In this document: piece by piece, positions 1 through 10,888 of the stretch | Layout: each line of letters begins with the position of its first letter | Numbering within the stretch: the stretch's first letter is position 1 | From: an uncultured Actinomycetes bacterium | GTDB taxonomy: Bacteria > Actinomycetota > Actinomycetes > Nanopelagicales > Nanopelagicaceae | DNA length: 64,000 nucleotides | NCBI GenBank assembly: GCA_903854185.1 | Contig: CAINVP010000114.1 | Location: forward strand, 3,212-67,211 | Direction: 5' to 3' | The notes under the pieces: model-generated | The model's input: the letters and a program-made list of their open reading frames with translations, nothing else | Told to the model about the DNA's origin: nothing | Databases searched by the model: none | Translations under genes and position numbers: made by a program

Positions 1-1096
1 CGAGAATCATGAAGGTATCTTCATCAACAGATTGGGTCGCGGTCACCATTTCACCGAGGTGGAATAGGGCTGAAACTAGCGCTGCAGGATCTGCGCCAAT
101 CTTCTCTGCGAAATCCATAAGGGTTGCGCCACGACGTAAGCGAATTACGCTCTTGCCATCACCGCGTGGAACGATTGCTCCACCAAGTGATGGTGCCGCC
201 ATATTGTCGAACTCTTCACGTAACGCCTTCTTGCTCTTACGTGCGCTCTTACCCTTGCCGCCTTGCTTTCCGAATGCGCCGGCTGTGCCGCCACGTTGAT
301 GGCGACCTCCGCCCTTGCCACCGAATGTTGAAGGTGCTCCGCCGGTGTTACCAGCGCCTGGATTTCCTGCAGTACCTGGACGGTATGGAGATCCGGTAGT
401 TGCACCTGCGCCATAACGTGGGCCACCAGCTGCTGGTGCTCCTGCTGGACGAGGCGCGCCACCTGGGCGAGCGGCAAAACCTGGACGAACTGAACCTGGA
501 CGATTCATTGGTGGGCGACCACCTGGTGCTGGGCGTTCACCTGGGCGCAATGGTCGCTGCGCTGGTGGACGTGGTGCTGGTGGACGTGGGATTGGTGCGC
601 TTCCCGATGTGAATGGGTTATTACCAATACGTGGTGGGCGCGGCATTGTGCTCGCTGGATTTGGAACGGCAGCATCGCCGGTACCAGCGGTTGATGCAAC
701 TGGTGCCGCAGGAGTTGCCGGAGCAACTGGCGCAGATGGTGCAGCCGGAACTGGCGCTACGGGCGCAACTGGATGAGGTGAAGATTGGCCAATCTGAATT
801 CCAAGTTGAGCGCGGGTTCCCTCATCAAGTTGGGCTATTGCGGCATCAATCTGCTCTTGAGTAGGAGCAGCCTTTGCGGCAGCGCTCTTCTTCGCAGGTG
901 CCTTCTTCGCTGGTTTAGGAGCCTCAGCTCCAGGCTTGAGTTCAGGAAACTTGTCCATCAACTTTCGGACAACGGGTACTTCAATAGTAGATGAGGCAGA
1001 TTTTACAAACTCGCCAACTTCTTGAAGTTTGGTGAGGAGATCTTTACTCTCAATGCCTAAATCTTTTGCTAATTCGTAAACGCGGAGCTTTGCCAC
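1..1096 (-). CDS. infB: Translation initiation factor IF-2, N-terminal part (gene continues past the left edge of the window)
   Basis: Absent from the ORF track because it is truncated by the window edge. My translation of the minus strand from GTG at 1096..1094 (AGGAAGG 5 nt upstream) gives [46 protein letters not shown]..., followed by a long Pro/Gly/Ala/Arg-rich linker with no stop down to position 1. It lies downstream of nusA-ylxR, the usual position. Confidence 0.85.
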   Translation of the reverse strand, partial: MAKLRVYELAKDLGIESKDLLTKLQEVGEFVKSASSTIEVPVVRKLMDKFPELKPGAEAPKPAKKAPAKKSAAAKAAPTQEQIDAAIAQLDEGTRAQLGIQIGQSSPHPVAPVAPVPAAPSAPVAPATPAAPVASTAGTGDAAVPNPASTMPRPPRIGNNPFTSGSAPIPRPPAPRPPAQRPLRPGERPAPGGRPPMNRPGSVRPGFAARPGGAPRPAGAPAAGGPRYGAGATTGSPYRPGTAGNPGAGNTGGAPSTFGGKGGGRHQRGGTAGAFGKQGGKGKSARKSKKALREEFDNMAAPSLGGAIVPRGDGKSVIRLRRGATLMDFAEKIGADPAALVSALFHLGEMVTATQSVDEDTFMIL

Positions 1097-1199
1097 AGTG
1101 ACCTTCCTGTCATCAGCTCCACGATTTGTTGGAGCCTAAATATTTGCCTTACTCATGAGCGCTGGGTGCTCATGATTGTGAGATTGCCTGGGTGAACAT

Positions 1200-1463
1200 T
1201 TAGTACTCCTTATTAAGTGTTCGGCTTGCCCGAACAAATTTCGCTAGCGGCTCGAGATCGATTTCTGCCTTCACTCGAAAAGCGCGTTGAAATGCGCTTC
1301 TGCTCTTCGCCACCTCGAAGCAATCGAGATGAATCCAAGCGCCCCGCCCCTGAAGTCGATGTCCAGGGTCTGCTTGCGCAACGCCATCGACAAGAACTAC
1401 GTGGAGCAGAGTTGTCCAGTGCTCTCGCTTGCGACAGGCGATGCAACTCCGAATGGGAATCAC
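1200..1463 (-). CDS. ylxR: YlxR/DUF448 family RNA-binding protein
   Basis: 87-aa ORF with the CIACRK...GRGAWIH pattern typical of YlxR. It occupies the canonical position between nusA and infB. Confidence 0.8.
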   Translation of the reverse strand: MIPIRSCIACRKREHWTTLLHVVLVDGVAQADPGHRLQGRGAWIHLDCFEVAKSRSAFQRAFRVKAEIDLEPLAKFVRASRTLNKEY

Positions 1464-1513
1464 GAGCCTGCCCCTCTTAAGACTGAACTACTACAGGTGA
1501 AGGATACCTTCAC

Positions 1514-2572
1514 CTACTCGGCAGGTGGAAATTGACCCTCATTAGCTGCGCCCTCAGGGTCGATTTCAGGCTCAACTGCAGGCTTTGGCTTCTCGATCCG
1601 CTCTGATGGCTTATCGGGATGAATATCGATGCGCCAGCCAGTCAATCGATGGGCGAGGCGGGCGTTCTGGCCATCCTTGCCGATCGCGAGTGAGAGTTGG
1701 TAATCAGGGACCACAATCTTCGCTGACTTCGCTTCCAGGTCCACAATCTCAACGCTTGTTACCTTCGCAGGTGCAAGTGCGTTTGCGATATAGACAACGG
1801 GGTTCTCGGAGAAGTCAACGATATCGATCTTCTCACCATGGAGTTCATCCATGACAGCACGCGCACGCGTACCCATTGGTCCGATGAGGGCGCCCTTAGG
1901 AGAGACACCGGCGCGATTACTCTTCACTGAAATTTTGGTGCGTTGACCTGGCTCGCGCGCGATGCCAATAATTTCGACAGTGCGATCTTTCACTTCCGGA
2001 GCTTCCAGCGCGAAGAGAACCTTCACCAGAGCTGGGTGAGTACGCGAGAGCGTAACCTCCGGCCCCTTCTCCCCCTGCTTCACATCAACGACAAATGCCT
2101 TGATGCGATCACCATGCTTAAAACTCTCACCCGGGGTCTGCTCTGTGAGAGGAATCTTTCCCTCTACCTTGCCGAGGTCAACGTAAATAATTGTTGCGTC
2201 CCGACCCTGTTGAACTACGCCAGAGATTACATCGCCGACTGATCCAGAGAATTCGCCGACAATTGTTGCATCATTGGCATCTCGCATCGCCTGCTTAATT
2301 GTCTTACGGGCAATTGAAGCCGCCTTCTGAGCAAACTCTTCTGGTTCATCTACAACGCTTTCGAGGTGCTCGCCATCTTCTCCCAATACCGGAACCCAGA
2401 TGACAATCTCTCCGGTTTGGCGATTAAGTACGGCACGTCCGCTTGGCTTTGCCTCTGGATGTTCTGCATATGCCGCAGCGACCGCATTTTCCACGGCAGA
2501 GATCAACTTCTCGAGCGCCATTCCTTTTTCAGCAACGACGCCACGCAAAATATCCATATCTACATTCATCAT
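1514..2572 (-). CDS. nusA: Transcription termination/antitermination factor NusA
   Basis: 352-aa ORF with NusA N-terminal, S1 and KH-domain sequence. The start overlaps the rimP stop (TAATG). Confidence 0.95.
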   Translation of the reverse strand: MMNVDMDILRGVVAEKGMALEKLISAVENAVAAAYAEHPEAKPSGRAVLNRQTGEIVIWVPVLGEDGEHLESVVDEPEEFAQKAASIARKTIKQAMRDANDATIVGEFSGSVGDVISGVVQQGRDATIIYVDLGKVEGKIPLTEQTPGESFKHGDRIKAFVVDVKQGEKGPEVTLSRTHPALVKVLFALEAPEVKDRTVEIIGIAREPGQRTKISVKSNRAGVSPKGALIGPMGTRARAVMDELHGEKIDIVDFSENPVVYIANALAPAKVTSVEIVDLEAKSAKIVVPDYQLSLAIGKDGQNARLAHRLTGWRIDIHPDKPSERIEKPKPAVEPEIDPEGAANEGQFPPAE

Positions 2573-3006
2573 TATTTAAACTCAATCTCTAAGCGCGCAA
2601 TTTCAATATCTGCGAAAGCAACTTCTTGAGTATCAAGAATAATGACCTCATCTTTGACTTCAGTGATACGTCCCTGAATCTTCTCTCCCTTGACGGTGAG
2701 GTTTACTAGCCGACCAATATTCTTCTTAAAGTGGCGAAGAAGGGTAAGCGGACGATCAATCCCAGGAGAAGATACTTCTAGCGTGAAGGGGTTCTCACCA
2801 AGCTCACTTAAATTTTCAACAACTTCAGAGACTTGCCGGGAGAATCCGGTCACTTCATCGAGTGAGAGATGTCTATCGCTATCAACTATTACCGTTACTA
2901 GAGATCTGCGGCCCGCAGGAGTAATTGTCACCTCCTCCAGGTATCCGCCTTCGGCCTCAATAACTGGACGAATGGCATTGGAAATTAACTCAACCTGGTG
3001 CTTCAT
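2572..3006 (-). CDS. rimP: Ribosome maturation factor RimP
   Basis: 144-aa ORF immediately upstream of nusA, with RimP-like sequence (EEVTI...SSPGIDRPL). Confidence 0.9.
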   Translation of the reverse strand: MKHQVELISNAIRPVIEAEGGYLEEVTITPAGRRSLVTVIVDSDRHLSLDEVTGFSRQVSEVVENLSELGENPFTLEVSSPGIDRPLTLLRHFKKNIGRLVNLTVKGEKIQGRITEVKDEVIILDTQEVAFADIEIARLEIEFK

Positions 3007-3039
3007 ACAACCGCCTCTATTAAATTGGTATTAAGTTTT

Positions 3040-3807
3040 TTACTGATGGAGCCAATCATAACCCACTTTTGCGATGAGTAAAAAAGTGACGAAGAGAAAG
3101 GTCTTTCGGACCAAAGGCGACCCACCTTTAATTGCCAACCGAGCCCCGAAAATTGCTCCTGTTACATTTGCAATGGCAAGGATCAGGCCAAGGTGCCACC
3201 AAATATGCCCAGTTCGTTGGAAGGTAATGATTGCGGCAATATTTGTAGAAATATTGACCAGCTTTGCGGTCGCAGAGGCTTTCAAGAATTCGTAGCCAAT
3301 GACACCCACAAGAACAAATAACAGAAAGGAGCCAGTACCCGGACCGAAGATGCCATCGTAGAAGCCGAGAAGGAGCCCACAGACTCCAACAACCACTCGA
3401 CGGGTGCGGGGAGTAAAGCGAAGATTCTCTGTCAGTCCAAAGTGTGGTCGACGCCAGGTATAGAGGGCAACGAGAATAAGAAGGAGAACGAGTATCGGCC
3501 TAAAGATATGTGCCGGAAAGCTCGCCGCTAACCGCGCCCCGAGTACCGAGCCGATAAAAGCTGGCACCGCCATCGAGAGCGTCAAGTGAAGATCTGGCTT
3601 TATTCGCTTGAAATAGGTCAGCGCTGAAGATGAGGTTCCAAAGACGGAAGGAACCTTATTCGTTCCTAGAATCATCGCGATGGGTTTCTCGTGTATACCG
3701 ATCAACAGCGCGGGAAGTTGGATCAGACCACCACCGCCGGCCATAGCATCTACGAAACCAGCAAAGCCAGAGGCGGTTGCAAGCAAGAGCCAGGTCGTTA
3801 TCGACAT
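3040..3807 (-). CDS. TauE/SafE (DUF81) family anion-export membrane protein
   Basis: 255-aa polytopic membrane ORF with the Gly-rich repeated TM pattern of the sulfite-exporter TauE/SafE family. The substrate is unknown. Confidence 0.7.
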   Translation of the reverse strand: MSITTWLLLATASGFAGFVDAMAGGGGLIQLPALLIGIHEKPIAMILGTNKVPSVFGTSSSALTYFKRIKPDLHLTLSMAVPAFIGSVLGARLAASFPAHIFRPILVLLLILVALYTWRRPHFGLTENLRFTPRTRRVVVGVCGLLLGFYDGIFGPGTGSFLLFVLVGVIGYEFLKASATAKLVNISTNIAAIITFQRTGHIWWHLGLILAIANVTGAIFGARLAIKGGSPLVRKTFLFVTFLLIAKVGYDWLHQ

Positions 3808-3813
3808 GAGAAG

Positions 3814-5541
3814 TTAAGCGAATACTTTCGCGTAAATCTCCTTAGCCGCACCCTCGGCTGAGATCTCAATCTTCTCTCCGCTCTTGCGGAAACGAAATTC
3901 AATCTTTCCATCTGCAAGGGCTTTGCCAACGATGACGATAAATGGAATTCCAATTAACTCGGCATCTTTAAACTTTACGCCCGGGCTGGCATCTCTTCGA
4001 TCATCAAACATCACACGAAGACCAAGTGCTTCACACTCTTCGGCAATCTTTGCTGCAGTATCGAAGGGCAGGTCATCGCGGCCAGTTGCGACAATATGGA
4101 TATCCGCCGGTGCAATTTCACGCGGCCAGATAAGTCCGATCTCATCGTGATTCTGTTCGGCAATTGCTGCTACCGCGCGCGAGACACCAATGCCATATGA
4201 GCCCATGGTTACAACTTGTGATTTTCCATCCTTATCCAGCACGGTGAGATCTAACGCCTCGGCATATTTGCGACCAAGTTGGAAGATATGACCAATTTCA
4301 ATCGCGCGATCAATGACGACAGGTGTTCTGCACTCTGGGCAGATATCCCCAGCACGAACTTCTGCTGCTTCAATATATTCATCAACAATAAAGTCGCGCC
4401 CTGCTACAACATAGCGGGTGTGAGTATCTTTAATGTTTGCACCAGTCACCCAATGTGAACCCTCGACGATACGTGGATCGGCATAGAGAGTGAGTCCAAG
4501 TTTCTTGGCATCTTGTGGGCCAACATAGCCCTTGACCAATCCAGGACGTTTTGCGAAATCTCCCTCTTCAAAGAGGCGCAAATCTTGAACGCCCTTGAGG
4601 TTTGCGCCCAGGCGCTTGAGATCAACTTCGCGATCTCCGGGCACTAGGACTGAGATGGGTTGGTCATCGGCCATCAACAAGATGTTCTTCAAGGTCATCT
4701 CCGCCGTGTAGCCACCACCGAAGGTTTCGTTCATTAAATCAACGAGCGACTCAATTGTCGGAGTATTTGGAGAGGAGAAATTCTCCATCGCTGGCGCTAC
4801 CTCGCCCTTATATGGTTCGACCTTTGTCACCATTGCTTCTACATTTGCGGCATAACCACACTTCTCGCAAAGTACGTACGTATCTTCACCTGTTGGGCAG
4901 GGCGCTAAGAATTCCTCTGATTTGGAGCCACCCATCGCACCAGCTTGCGCTGAGACGATATTGAATGAGAGTCCCAGGCGCGAGAAGGTCTTTACATAGG
5001 CATTGCGGTGGGCATCGTAAGAGTTCTGAAGCCCAGCATCATCGATATCGAAGGAGTATGAGTCCTTCATGATGAACTCGCGCCCACGGATAATTCCAGA
5101 ACGCGGGCGAGGTTCATCCCGAAACTTAGCTTGAATCTGATAGATCGAAAGCGGTAGATCTTTGTAAGAGGAGTACTCGCCCTTCACCATAAGAGTGAAC
5201 ATCTCTTCGTGCGTTGGTCCGAGCAGGTAATCATTCTTCTTACGATCTTGTAGACGGAAGAGTTCGGGTCCGTACTCGTTCCATCGATTAGTGCGCTCAT
5301 AAGGTTCGCGCGGAAGCAGTGATGGGAAGTGGACTTCCTGGAAACCAGCGCCATCCATCTCTTCTCGGATTACGCGTTCAATATTTCTAAAGGTGAGATA
5401 GCCAAGGGGCAGCCATGAGTAAATTCCGGCGGCGATGCGACGAACATAACCAGCCCGCACTAGGAGCCTATGACTGGCAACTTCAGCGTCAGCTGGGTCG
5501 TCACGAAGGGTTCGGAGCAGGAGACTAGACATTCTCAACAT
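3814..5541 (-). CDS. proS: Proline--tRNA ligase (bacterial type with editing insertion)
   Basis: 575-aa ORF. The N-terminus (LLLRTLRDDPADAEVASHRLLVRAGYVRR) and class II motifs are typical ProRS. An ATG 9 nt downstream (5532) is an alternative start. Confidence 0.95.
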   Translation of the reverse strand: MLRMSSLLLRTLRDDPADAEVASHRLLVRAGYVRRIAAGIYSWLPLGYLTFRNIERVIREEMDGAGFQEVHFPSLLPREPYERTNRWNEYGPELFRLQDRKKNDYLLGPTHEEMFTLMVKGEYSSYKDLPLSIYQIQAKFRDEPRPRSGIIRGREFIMKDSYSFDIDDAGLQNSYDAHRNAYVKTFSRLGLSFNIVSAQAGAMGGSKSEEFLAPCPTGEDTYVLCEKCGYAANVEAMVTKVEPYKGEVAPAMENFSSPNTPTIESLVDLMNETFGGGYTAEMTLKNILLMADDQPISVLVPGDREVDLKRLGANLKGVQDLRLFEEGDFAKRPGLVKGYVGPQDAKKLGLTLYADPRIVEGSHWVTGANIKDTHTRYVVAGRDFIVDEYIEAAEVRAGDICPECRTPVVIDRAIEIGHIFQLGRKYAEALDLTVLDKDGKSQVVTMGSYGIGVSRAVAAIAEQNHDEIGLIWPREIAPADIHIVATGRDDLPFDTAAKIAEECEALGLRVMFDDRRDASPGVKFKDAELIGIPFIVIVGKALADGKIEFRFRKSGEKIEISAEGAAKEIYAKVFA

Positions 5542-5579
5542 GGGTGAACCCTATCTTTTCGTAGCGCGCAGGTAAGTAT

Positions 5580-6731
5580 TTACTTAACTTCTACTGATGG
5601 TTCTCCGGAGGCAACGCCAGCCAATTCCATCTCTTCGGCCAGACGCATCGCCTCTTCGATAAGAGTCTCAACGATCGCTGACTCAGGTACCGTCTTAATG
5701 ACTTCACCCTTAACAAAGATCTGTCCTTTTCCATTTCCGGATGCAACGCCGAGATCTGCTTCACGTGCTTCACCGGGACCATTTACAACACAGCCCATGA
5801 CGGCAACGCGAAGCGGAACGGTCATCCCCTGAAGTCCAGCCTGCACCTTCTCCGCTAGCGAGTACACATCTACTTGTGCGCGACCGCATGATGGGCAGGA
5901 GACAATTTCAAGTTTACGTTGGCGCAGGTTGAGAGATTCAAGAATCGAGATACCGACCTTGACCTCCTCGACTGGCGGCGCTGAGAGTGAGACGCGAATT
6001 GTGTCGCCGATACCCTCGGCTAGAAGAATTCCAAAGGCGGTTGCAGATTTGATGGTTCCTTGGAAGAACGGTCCAGCTTCTGTGACGCCAAGGTGCAGTG
6101 GGTAATCGCATTTGGCGGCGAGTAGGCGGTACGCCTTCACCATGGTCACGGGATCGTGATGCTTAACAGAGATTTTAATATCTGAGAAGCCATGCTCTTC
6201 AAAGAGTGATGCTTCCCAGAGGGCAGACTCGGCGAGCGCTTCAGGAGTTGCCTTGCCGTACTTCGCAAGCAGGCGTGGATCGAGTGAGCCAGCATTAACT
6301 CCGATGCGGATAGGAATTCCGGCATCGCCAGCCGCCTTCGCAACCTCTTTTACCTTGTCATCAAACTGCTTGATATTTCCCGGATTTACTCGGACCGCTG
6401 CGCAGCCAGCATCAATCGCTGCAAAGATATATTTTGGTTGGAAATGAATATCGGCGATGACGGGGATTTGAGACTTCTTCGCGATCTGCGCGAGCGCATC
6501 CGCATCATCTTGGCTAGGAACTGCGACGCGAACAATCTGGCAACCTGAAGCGGTGAGTTCTGCAATCTGTTGAAGAGTTGCATTGACATCGGCAGTCAAC
6601 GTTGTACACATCGACTGGACGCTGACAGGTGCATCTCCGCCTACAAGAACACTGCCTACCTTAAGCTGCTTGCTCTTACGGCGGGGCGAGAGAGTTGGAG
6701 GTGGCGCTGACGGGATTCCTAGATCGACCAT
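5580..6731 (-). CDS. ispG: 4-hydroxy-3-methylbut-2-en-1-yl diphosphate synthase
   Basis: 383-aa ORF with the C-terminal CPSCGR...GCVVNGPGE Fe-S cluster motifs of IspG/GcpE. Confidence 0.95.
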   Translation of the reverse strand: MVDLGIPSAPPPTLSPRRKSKQLKVGSVLVGGDAPVSVQSMCTTLTADVNATLQQIAELTASGCQIVRVAVPSQDDADALAQIAKKSQIPVIADIHFQPKYIFAAIDAGCAAVRVNPGNIKQFDDKVKEVAKAAGDAGIPIRIGVNAGSLDPRLLAKYGKATPEALAESALWEASLFEEHGFSDIKISVKHHDPVTMVKAYRLLAAKCDYPLHLGVTEAGPFFQGTIKSATAFGILLAEGIGDTIRVSLSAPPVEEVKVGISILESLNLRQRKLEIVSCPSCGRAQVDVYSLAEKVQAGLQGMTVPLRVAVMGCVVNGPGEAREADLGVASGNGKGQIFVKGEVIKTVPESAIVETLIEEAMRLAEEMELAGVASGEPSVEVK

Positions 6732-6759
6732 GGGGTAATTATGCCCTAGTCACTGAGGG

Positions 6760-7959
6760 TTAAAGATTAAAGTGCACCGGATTGAAGATATCTGCCGCTA
6801 AGAGCAGGAGCGTGAGTGCGACGAAGAGCACAAAGACCACTACGGTCAGAGGCATCAGCGACTCCAGGGCGATAGGTCGAGGCTCGGGACGCCGGCGCAC
6901 GCGCGCCCAGGTTCTACGCAATCCATCTGCGATAGCAACTGCCATATGGCCGCCATCGAGCGGTAGAAGCGGGAGGAGATTAAATATTCCCACGAAGATA
7001 TTGAGGCTGGCGACGATGAGCAAGAAGGTGCCAATTCGCTCATTCCATGCCAATCGATTATCGCTGGCGGTCTGAGCCGTCGCTTGGGCAACTCCCACTA
7101 CGCCGACCAGCCCTTGGGGATCACGAGGGGCTCCACCGAGGGTCTGCTTAATGAGCGCCGGGATCTTTCCAGGAAGTGTGGCGAGTGAGTGAATGCTGGA
7201 GCCGAAGATTTCTCGGAAATTTGTCGATGCAAATGTCGTGGAGGCGCTAAAGCTATTTCGCTTCAGCGCTGATTCAATAGCGACTTGAATTCCAAGTTTT
7301 CCTACAATCTTTCCATTGACCTTCTCAGGTGAAGGAGTAACCGTGAAGCTCATCTCCTCCCCATTTCGAAGCACAGTAATCTCTACTGACTTACCAGGTG
7401 AGTGTTGGACGACGAGAATATCTTTATCCCAATTTGTCACCGGCACACCATTAATCGCAATGAAACGATCGCCATGTTGCAGGCCAATCAATTTCGCTGG
7501 AGTTGGATCTGTTGCAGAATCACATGAAGAGTTCACTGCAGCAAAACAGGGTGCGACCTTATCGATGATCGGTGTCGATGCGACGGTACCGATTCCGAAA
7601 GCGAGGGTAAAGAGAAGAATGAAGCCAAAGAGGAAGTGGAAGAAAGACCCGGCGCCCATGGTGATAAGTCGCTGCAGAACGCTCGCCTTATAGAAGGCGC
7701 GAGATTCATCTTCCGGAGGAAGCTCCTCTCGAGATGACATACCTACGACGCGACAGTAACCACCTGCGGGGATTGCCTTGATGCCAAATTCCGTCTCGCC
7801 CCGTTGGAAGGACCAGAGTTTGCGCCCGAAACCGAGGAAGAACTCGGTTACCTTCATACCAAAACGCTTCGCCGTAATGTAGTGGCCGAACTCGTGGAAC
7901 ATGATGGAGAGCAAGAGCGCAACGATAAAGGCAAGAACACCAAGAATCTGTAGCATCAT
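6760..7959 (-). CDS. rseP: M50 site-2 zinc metalloprotease (RseP/Rip1 family)
   Basis: 399-aa membrane ORF with HEFGH near the N-terminus, a central PDZ-like segment and NLLPLLPLDGGH near the C-terminus. The dxr-rseP-ispG synteny is conserved. Confidence 0.9.
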   Translation of the reverse strand: MMLQILGVLAFIVALLLSIMFHEFGHYITAKRFGMKVTEFFLGFGRKLWSFQRGETEFGIKAIPAGGYCRVVGMSSREELPPEDESRAFYKASVLQRLITMGAGSFFHFLFGFILLFTLAFGIGTVASTPIIDKVAPCFAAVNSSCDSATDPTPAKLIGLQHGDRFIAINGVPVTNWDKDILVVQHSPGKSVEITVLRNGEEMSFTVTPSPEKVNGKIVGKLGIQVAIESALKRNSFSASTTFASTNFREIFGSSIHSLATLPGKIPALIKQTLGGAPRDPQGLVGVVGVAQATAQTASDNRLAWNERIGTFLLIVASLNIFVGIFNLLPLLPLDGGHMAVAIADGLRRTWARVRRRPEPRPIALESLMPLTVVVFVLFVALTLLLLAADIFNPVHFNL

Positions 7960-9086
7960 GACCTCTCGCGCTGGAATGTGGCAACGATCTCTGCTGCCAA
8001 AGTGCGTGCAGTCTGCTCTATCGCTACGACATCTGCCAAATCTCGAGGCTCTCCGTGTGCATCCCCTGTCGCAAGAACGGATTCGATGACTGGCACAATC
8101 TCGGTAAAGGCGATTACGCCCTTCACATATGCATCAACGGCAACTTCATTTGCTGCATTAAATGTTGCCGTTGCAAGAGCTCCGGACTCTCCGGCGGTAC
8201 GAGCGAGCGAGATTGCAGGAAAACGCTCAGTATCTATGGGTCGGAAATCCCATCGATGTGCCTGACTCCAGTCCACTGGCCGGGTTGCTCCCTGAGTTCT
8301 ATGAGGGTGCGACATTGCGTAGGCAATTGGCCCCTTCATATTTGGTGGACTCAATTGGGCAATCGTCGAGCCATCAATGTACTCAACCATGGAATGAATA
8401 ACAGATTGTGGGTGAATCACCGCATCGATCTGTGAGTATGGAATATCAAAGAGATAATGAGCTTCAATGATTTCTAGGCCTTTATTAACTAGCGTCGCCG
8501 AGTTAATTGTGACAACTGGACCCATGCTCCACGTAGGGTGGTTGAGCGCTTCATCGACTGTAACTCCCGCTAAATCTTCGCGATCGCGAAACGCTCCCCC
8601 ACTCGCGGTCAAGATCAGTTTAGAGATCTCATCCCGTCTCCCGGCAAGCATCGCTTGATAGATTGCAGAGTGTTCTGAGTCGACCGGAATAATTCTTCCT
8701 CTGCCCTTACGCATGACTAACTCTCCGCCAGCAACAAGGGACTCTTTATTTGCTAGCGCGACCAGATTGCCGGCATCGAGCGCTGCCAAAGTTGGCGCAA
8801 GACCGATTGATCCGGTGATGCCATTGATTACAACATCGCACTCCATTGCCGCAATTTCCCTTGAGGCAGCTGCCCCAGTAAAGGTCTTCACGCTGCAATC
8901 AAAGGAGTCGGCAGTGGTTCCGACCGCTTTCACGCGAAATCTCTCCGCTTGTTCATGGAGCAGAGCAAGGTTGCCTGAACCAGCGCTAATCGCTACTACC
9001 TCAAAGCGTCCCGGGTTCGCTGCAATCACCTCAAGTGCTTGCACTCCAATAGAGCCGGTAGAGCCGAGAATGACAATTCGTTGCAT
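7956..9086 (-). CDS. dxr: 1-deoxy-D-xylulose 5-phosphate reductoisomerase
   Basis: 376-aa ORF with the N-terminal GSTGSIG NADPH-binding motif. There is a 4-nt overlap with the rseP start. Confidence 0.95.
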   Translation of the reverse strand: MQRIVILGSTGSIGVQALEVIAANPGRFEVVAISAGSGNLALLHEQAERFRVKAVGTTADSFDCSVKTFTGAAASREIAAMECDVVINGITGSIGLAPTLAALDAGNLVALANKESLVAGGELVMRKGRGRIIPVDSEHSAIYQAMLAGRRDEISKLILTASGGAFRDREDLAGVTVDEALNHPTWSMGPVVTINSATLVNKGLEIIEAHYLFDIPYSQIDAVIHPQSVIHSMVEYIDGSTIAQLSPPNMKGPIAYAMSHPHRTQGATRPVDWSQAHRWDFRPIDTERFPAISLARTAGESGALATATFNAANEVAVDAYVKGVIAFTEIVPVIESVLATGDAHGEPRDLADVVAIEQTARTLAAEIVATFQRERS

Positions 9087-9095
9087 CTGGATGGG

Positions 9096-10094
9096 TTACC
9101 GGTCGAGAAGATTTCTTGTAGGTTGATAAGTTCCACCTGATTTACGGAGCGCGATGGCCGATAACGCTTCTAGGATTACACGGTTTGCTAGAAGTGATGT
9201 GATCTCCGAGCTGTCATAGGCAGGTGCGACCTCAACCATATCGATACCTACAATCGGCAGCTCTGAACAGATGCGGCGGACCGCTTCCAAGAGTTCCCGG
9301 CTAGTCATTCCACCTGGCTCAGGCGTTCCGGTGCCCGGCGCCATTCCCGGATCTACAACATCGATATCAACAGAGAGAAAGACACCATCGCAGCCATCTG
9401 TAAGAGTTGCAAAAGATTCATTCAAGACAACATCCAAGCCACGGTGATGAATCTCAGTCATCTCGTACGAGCGCATGCCTTGATCACGCATCCAATCCAG
9501 CGTTGCCGGGTCAGGCCAGTAACCCCGGAGACCAAGTTGAAGAAAACGATCGCCCCGCACCGCACCTGAATCAATAAGTCGGCGCATCGGCGTTCCATGC
9601 CCGACGAGGGCGCCCCATTGGTCTTCACCAGTATCAGCGTGAGCATCGAAATGAATCATGGATATCTTCCCCATGCCGCGATGATGCGCGATACCTGCAA
9701 CATCAGCACTTGCGATGGAGTGATCTCCGCCAAGAACCACGGCGATTGCACCAGCTCGAGAGATCTTCTCCGTTGCCTCTTCAAGGAGAGCAAGGGACTT
9801 AACAAGGTCTCCCCCGGGCATCAATAAATCTCCAGCATCAAAAATTTTTAAATCTTTGAGCGGGTTAACGCGAAGTGAGAGATTGGGACGATCGCCATCG
9901 TGAGAGAGGTAATCAGCGCCACGAATTGCCTGCGGGCCCATCTTCGCACCTGAGCGATAACTCGTTCCGCTATCAATCGGCGCACCAACAATGATGACAT
10001 CGGCACCAGCGTAGGAAGCAGGATTATCCAGATCGCAGGCAGGAATGCCGAGGAAGGTGAAGTTTGGGCCGTACATGTTGCCAATGTTGGTCAT
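9096..10094 (-). CDS. speB: Ureohydrolase of the arginase/agmatinase family (agmatinase or guanidino-acid hydrolase)
   Basis: 332-aa ORF carrying the Mn-binding motifs GGDHS, HFDAHADT and SVDIDVVDP. Substrate specificity cannot be read from the sequence by eye. Confidence 0.7.
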   Translation of the reverse strand: MTNIGNMYGPNFTFLGIPACDLDNPASYAGADVIIVGAPIDSGTSYRSGAKMGPQAIRGADYLSHDGDRPNLSLRVNPLKDLKIFDAGDLLMPGGDLVKSLALLEEATEKISRAGAIAVVLGGDHSIASADVAGIAHHRGMGKISMIHFDAHADTGEDQWGALVGHGTPMRRLIDSGAVRGDRFLQLGLRGYWPDPATLDWMRDQGMRSYEMTEIHHRGLDVVLNESFATLTDGCDGVFLSVDIDVVDPGMAPGTGTPEPGGMTSRELLEAVRRICSELPIVGIDMVEVAPAYDSSEITSLLANRVILEALSAIALRKSGGTYQPTRNLLDR

Positions 10095-10888
10095 TAGGCA
10101 ATCTTACGCTTGCGGCTCACAATCTGTCCTGCGAGCACGATGATGAGAGCGATGAGGAACATCGACGAACCGATGACATTTGCCTGCGCTGGCAGACCAC
10201 GCTCAGCGTTGTGATACACGAAGAGCGGGAAGGTCTCAACGGTACCTGAGTTGAAATTGGTAATAATGAAATCATCAAAGGAGAGGCTGAAGGCGAGCAG
10301 GGCTGCACCTGCGATTCCTGGAGCTACGAGCGGGAAGGTAATTCTGCGGAAAGTCTCGCGCTCATTAGCGTAAAGATCCATCGCCGCTTGTTCCAAACGA
10401 GGATCAAGTGAGGCGATACGCGCCTTTACCGTAACCACAACAAAGGAGATACAGAACATCACATGCGCAATCACGATGGTCCAGAATCCGAGGTTGAAAC
10501 CTAAGTTAATGAAGATCGTGAGAAGAGACGCACCAAGCACGAGTTCAGGTGAGGCCATCGGCAAGAAGATGAGAGTGTTAACGAATGGGCGACCTTTAAA
10601 GGCGTAGCGACCGAGTGCAAAAGCAATCATGGTGCCGAGGATGGTCGCAACGAAGGTTGCAAGGAGTCCAATCTTGAGTGAGTTGCCTAGATCTGAACAG
10701 ATATTAGGGACGCCGCATGGTGTCTGCCAGTTATGCCAGGTAAAGCCACGCCAGACCAAGTTCGACTTAATGTAATCATTAAACGAGAAGATGATGGTGT
10801 AGAGAATTGGAATAAAGAGATAGGTGAAACCCAAGACCATATAAATCCGGATGAGGTTTCTACCGAACCAGCGAGAGAGCGACTTCAT
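10094..10888 (-). CDS. ABC transporter permease (PotC/PotI-like)
   Basis: 264-aa, 6-TM ORF with an EAA-type loop (LEQAAMDLYANERETFRRITFPL). It overlaps its neighbours by 1 and 4 nt. Confidence 0.8.
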   Translation of the reverse strand: MKSLSRWFGRNLIRIYMVLGFTYLFIPILYTIIFSFNDYIKSNLVWRGFTWHNWQTPCGVPNICSDLGNSLKIGLLATFVATILGTMIAFALGRYAFKGRPFVNTLIFLPMASPELVLGASLLTIFINLGFNLGFWTIVIAHVMFCISFVVVTVKARIASLDPRLEQAAMDLYANERETFRRITFPLVAPGIAGAALLAFSLSFDDFIITNFNSGTVETFPLFVYHNAERGLPAQANVIGSSMFLIALIIVLAGQIVSRKRKIA

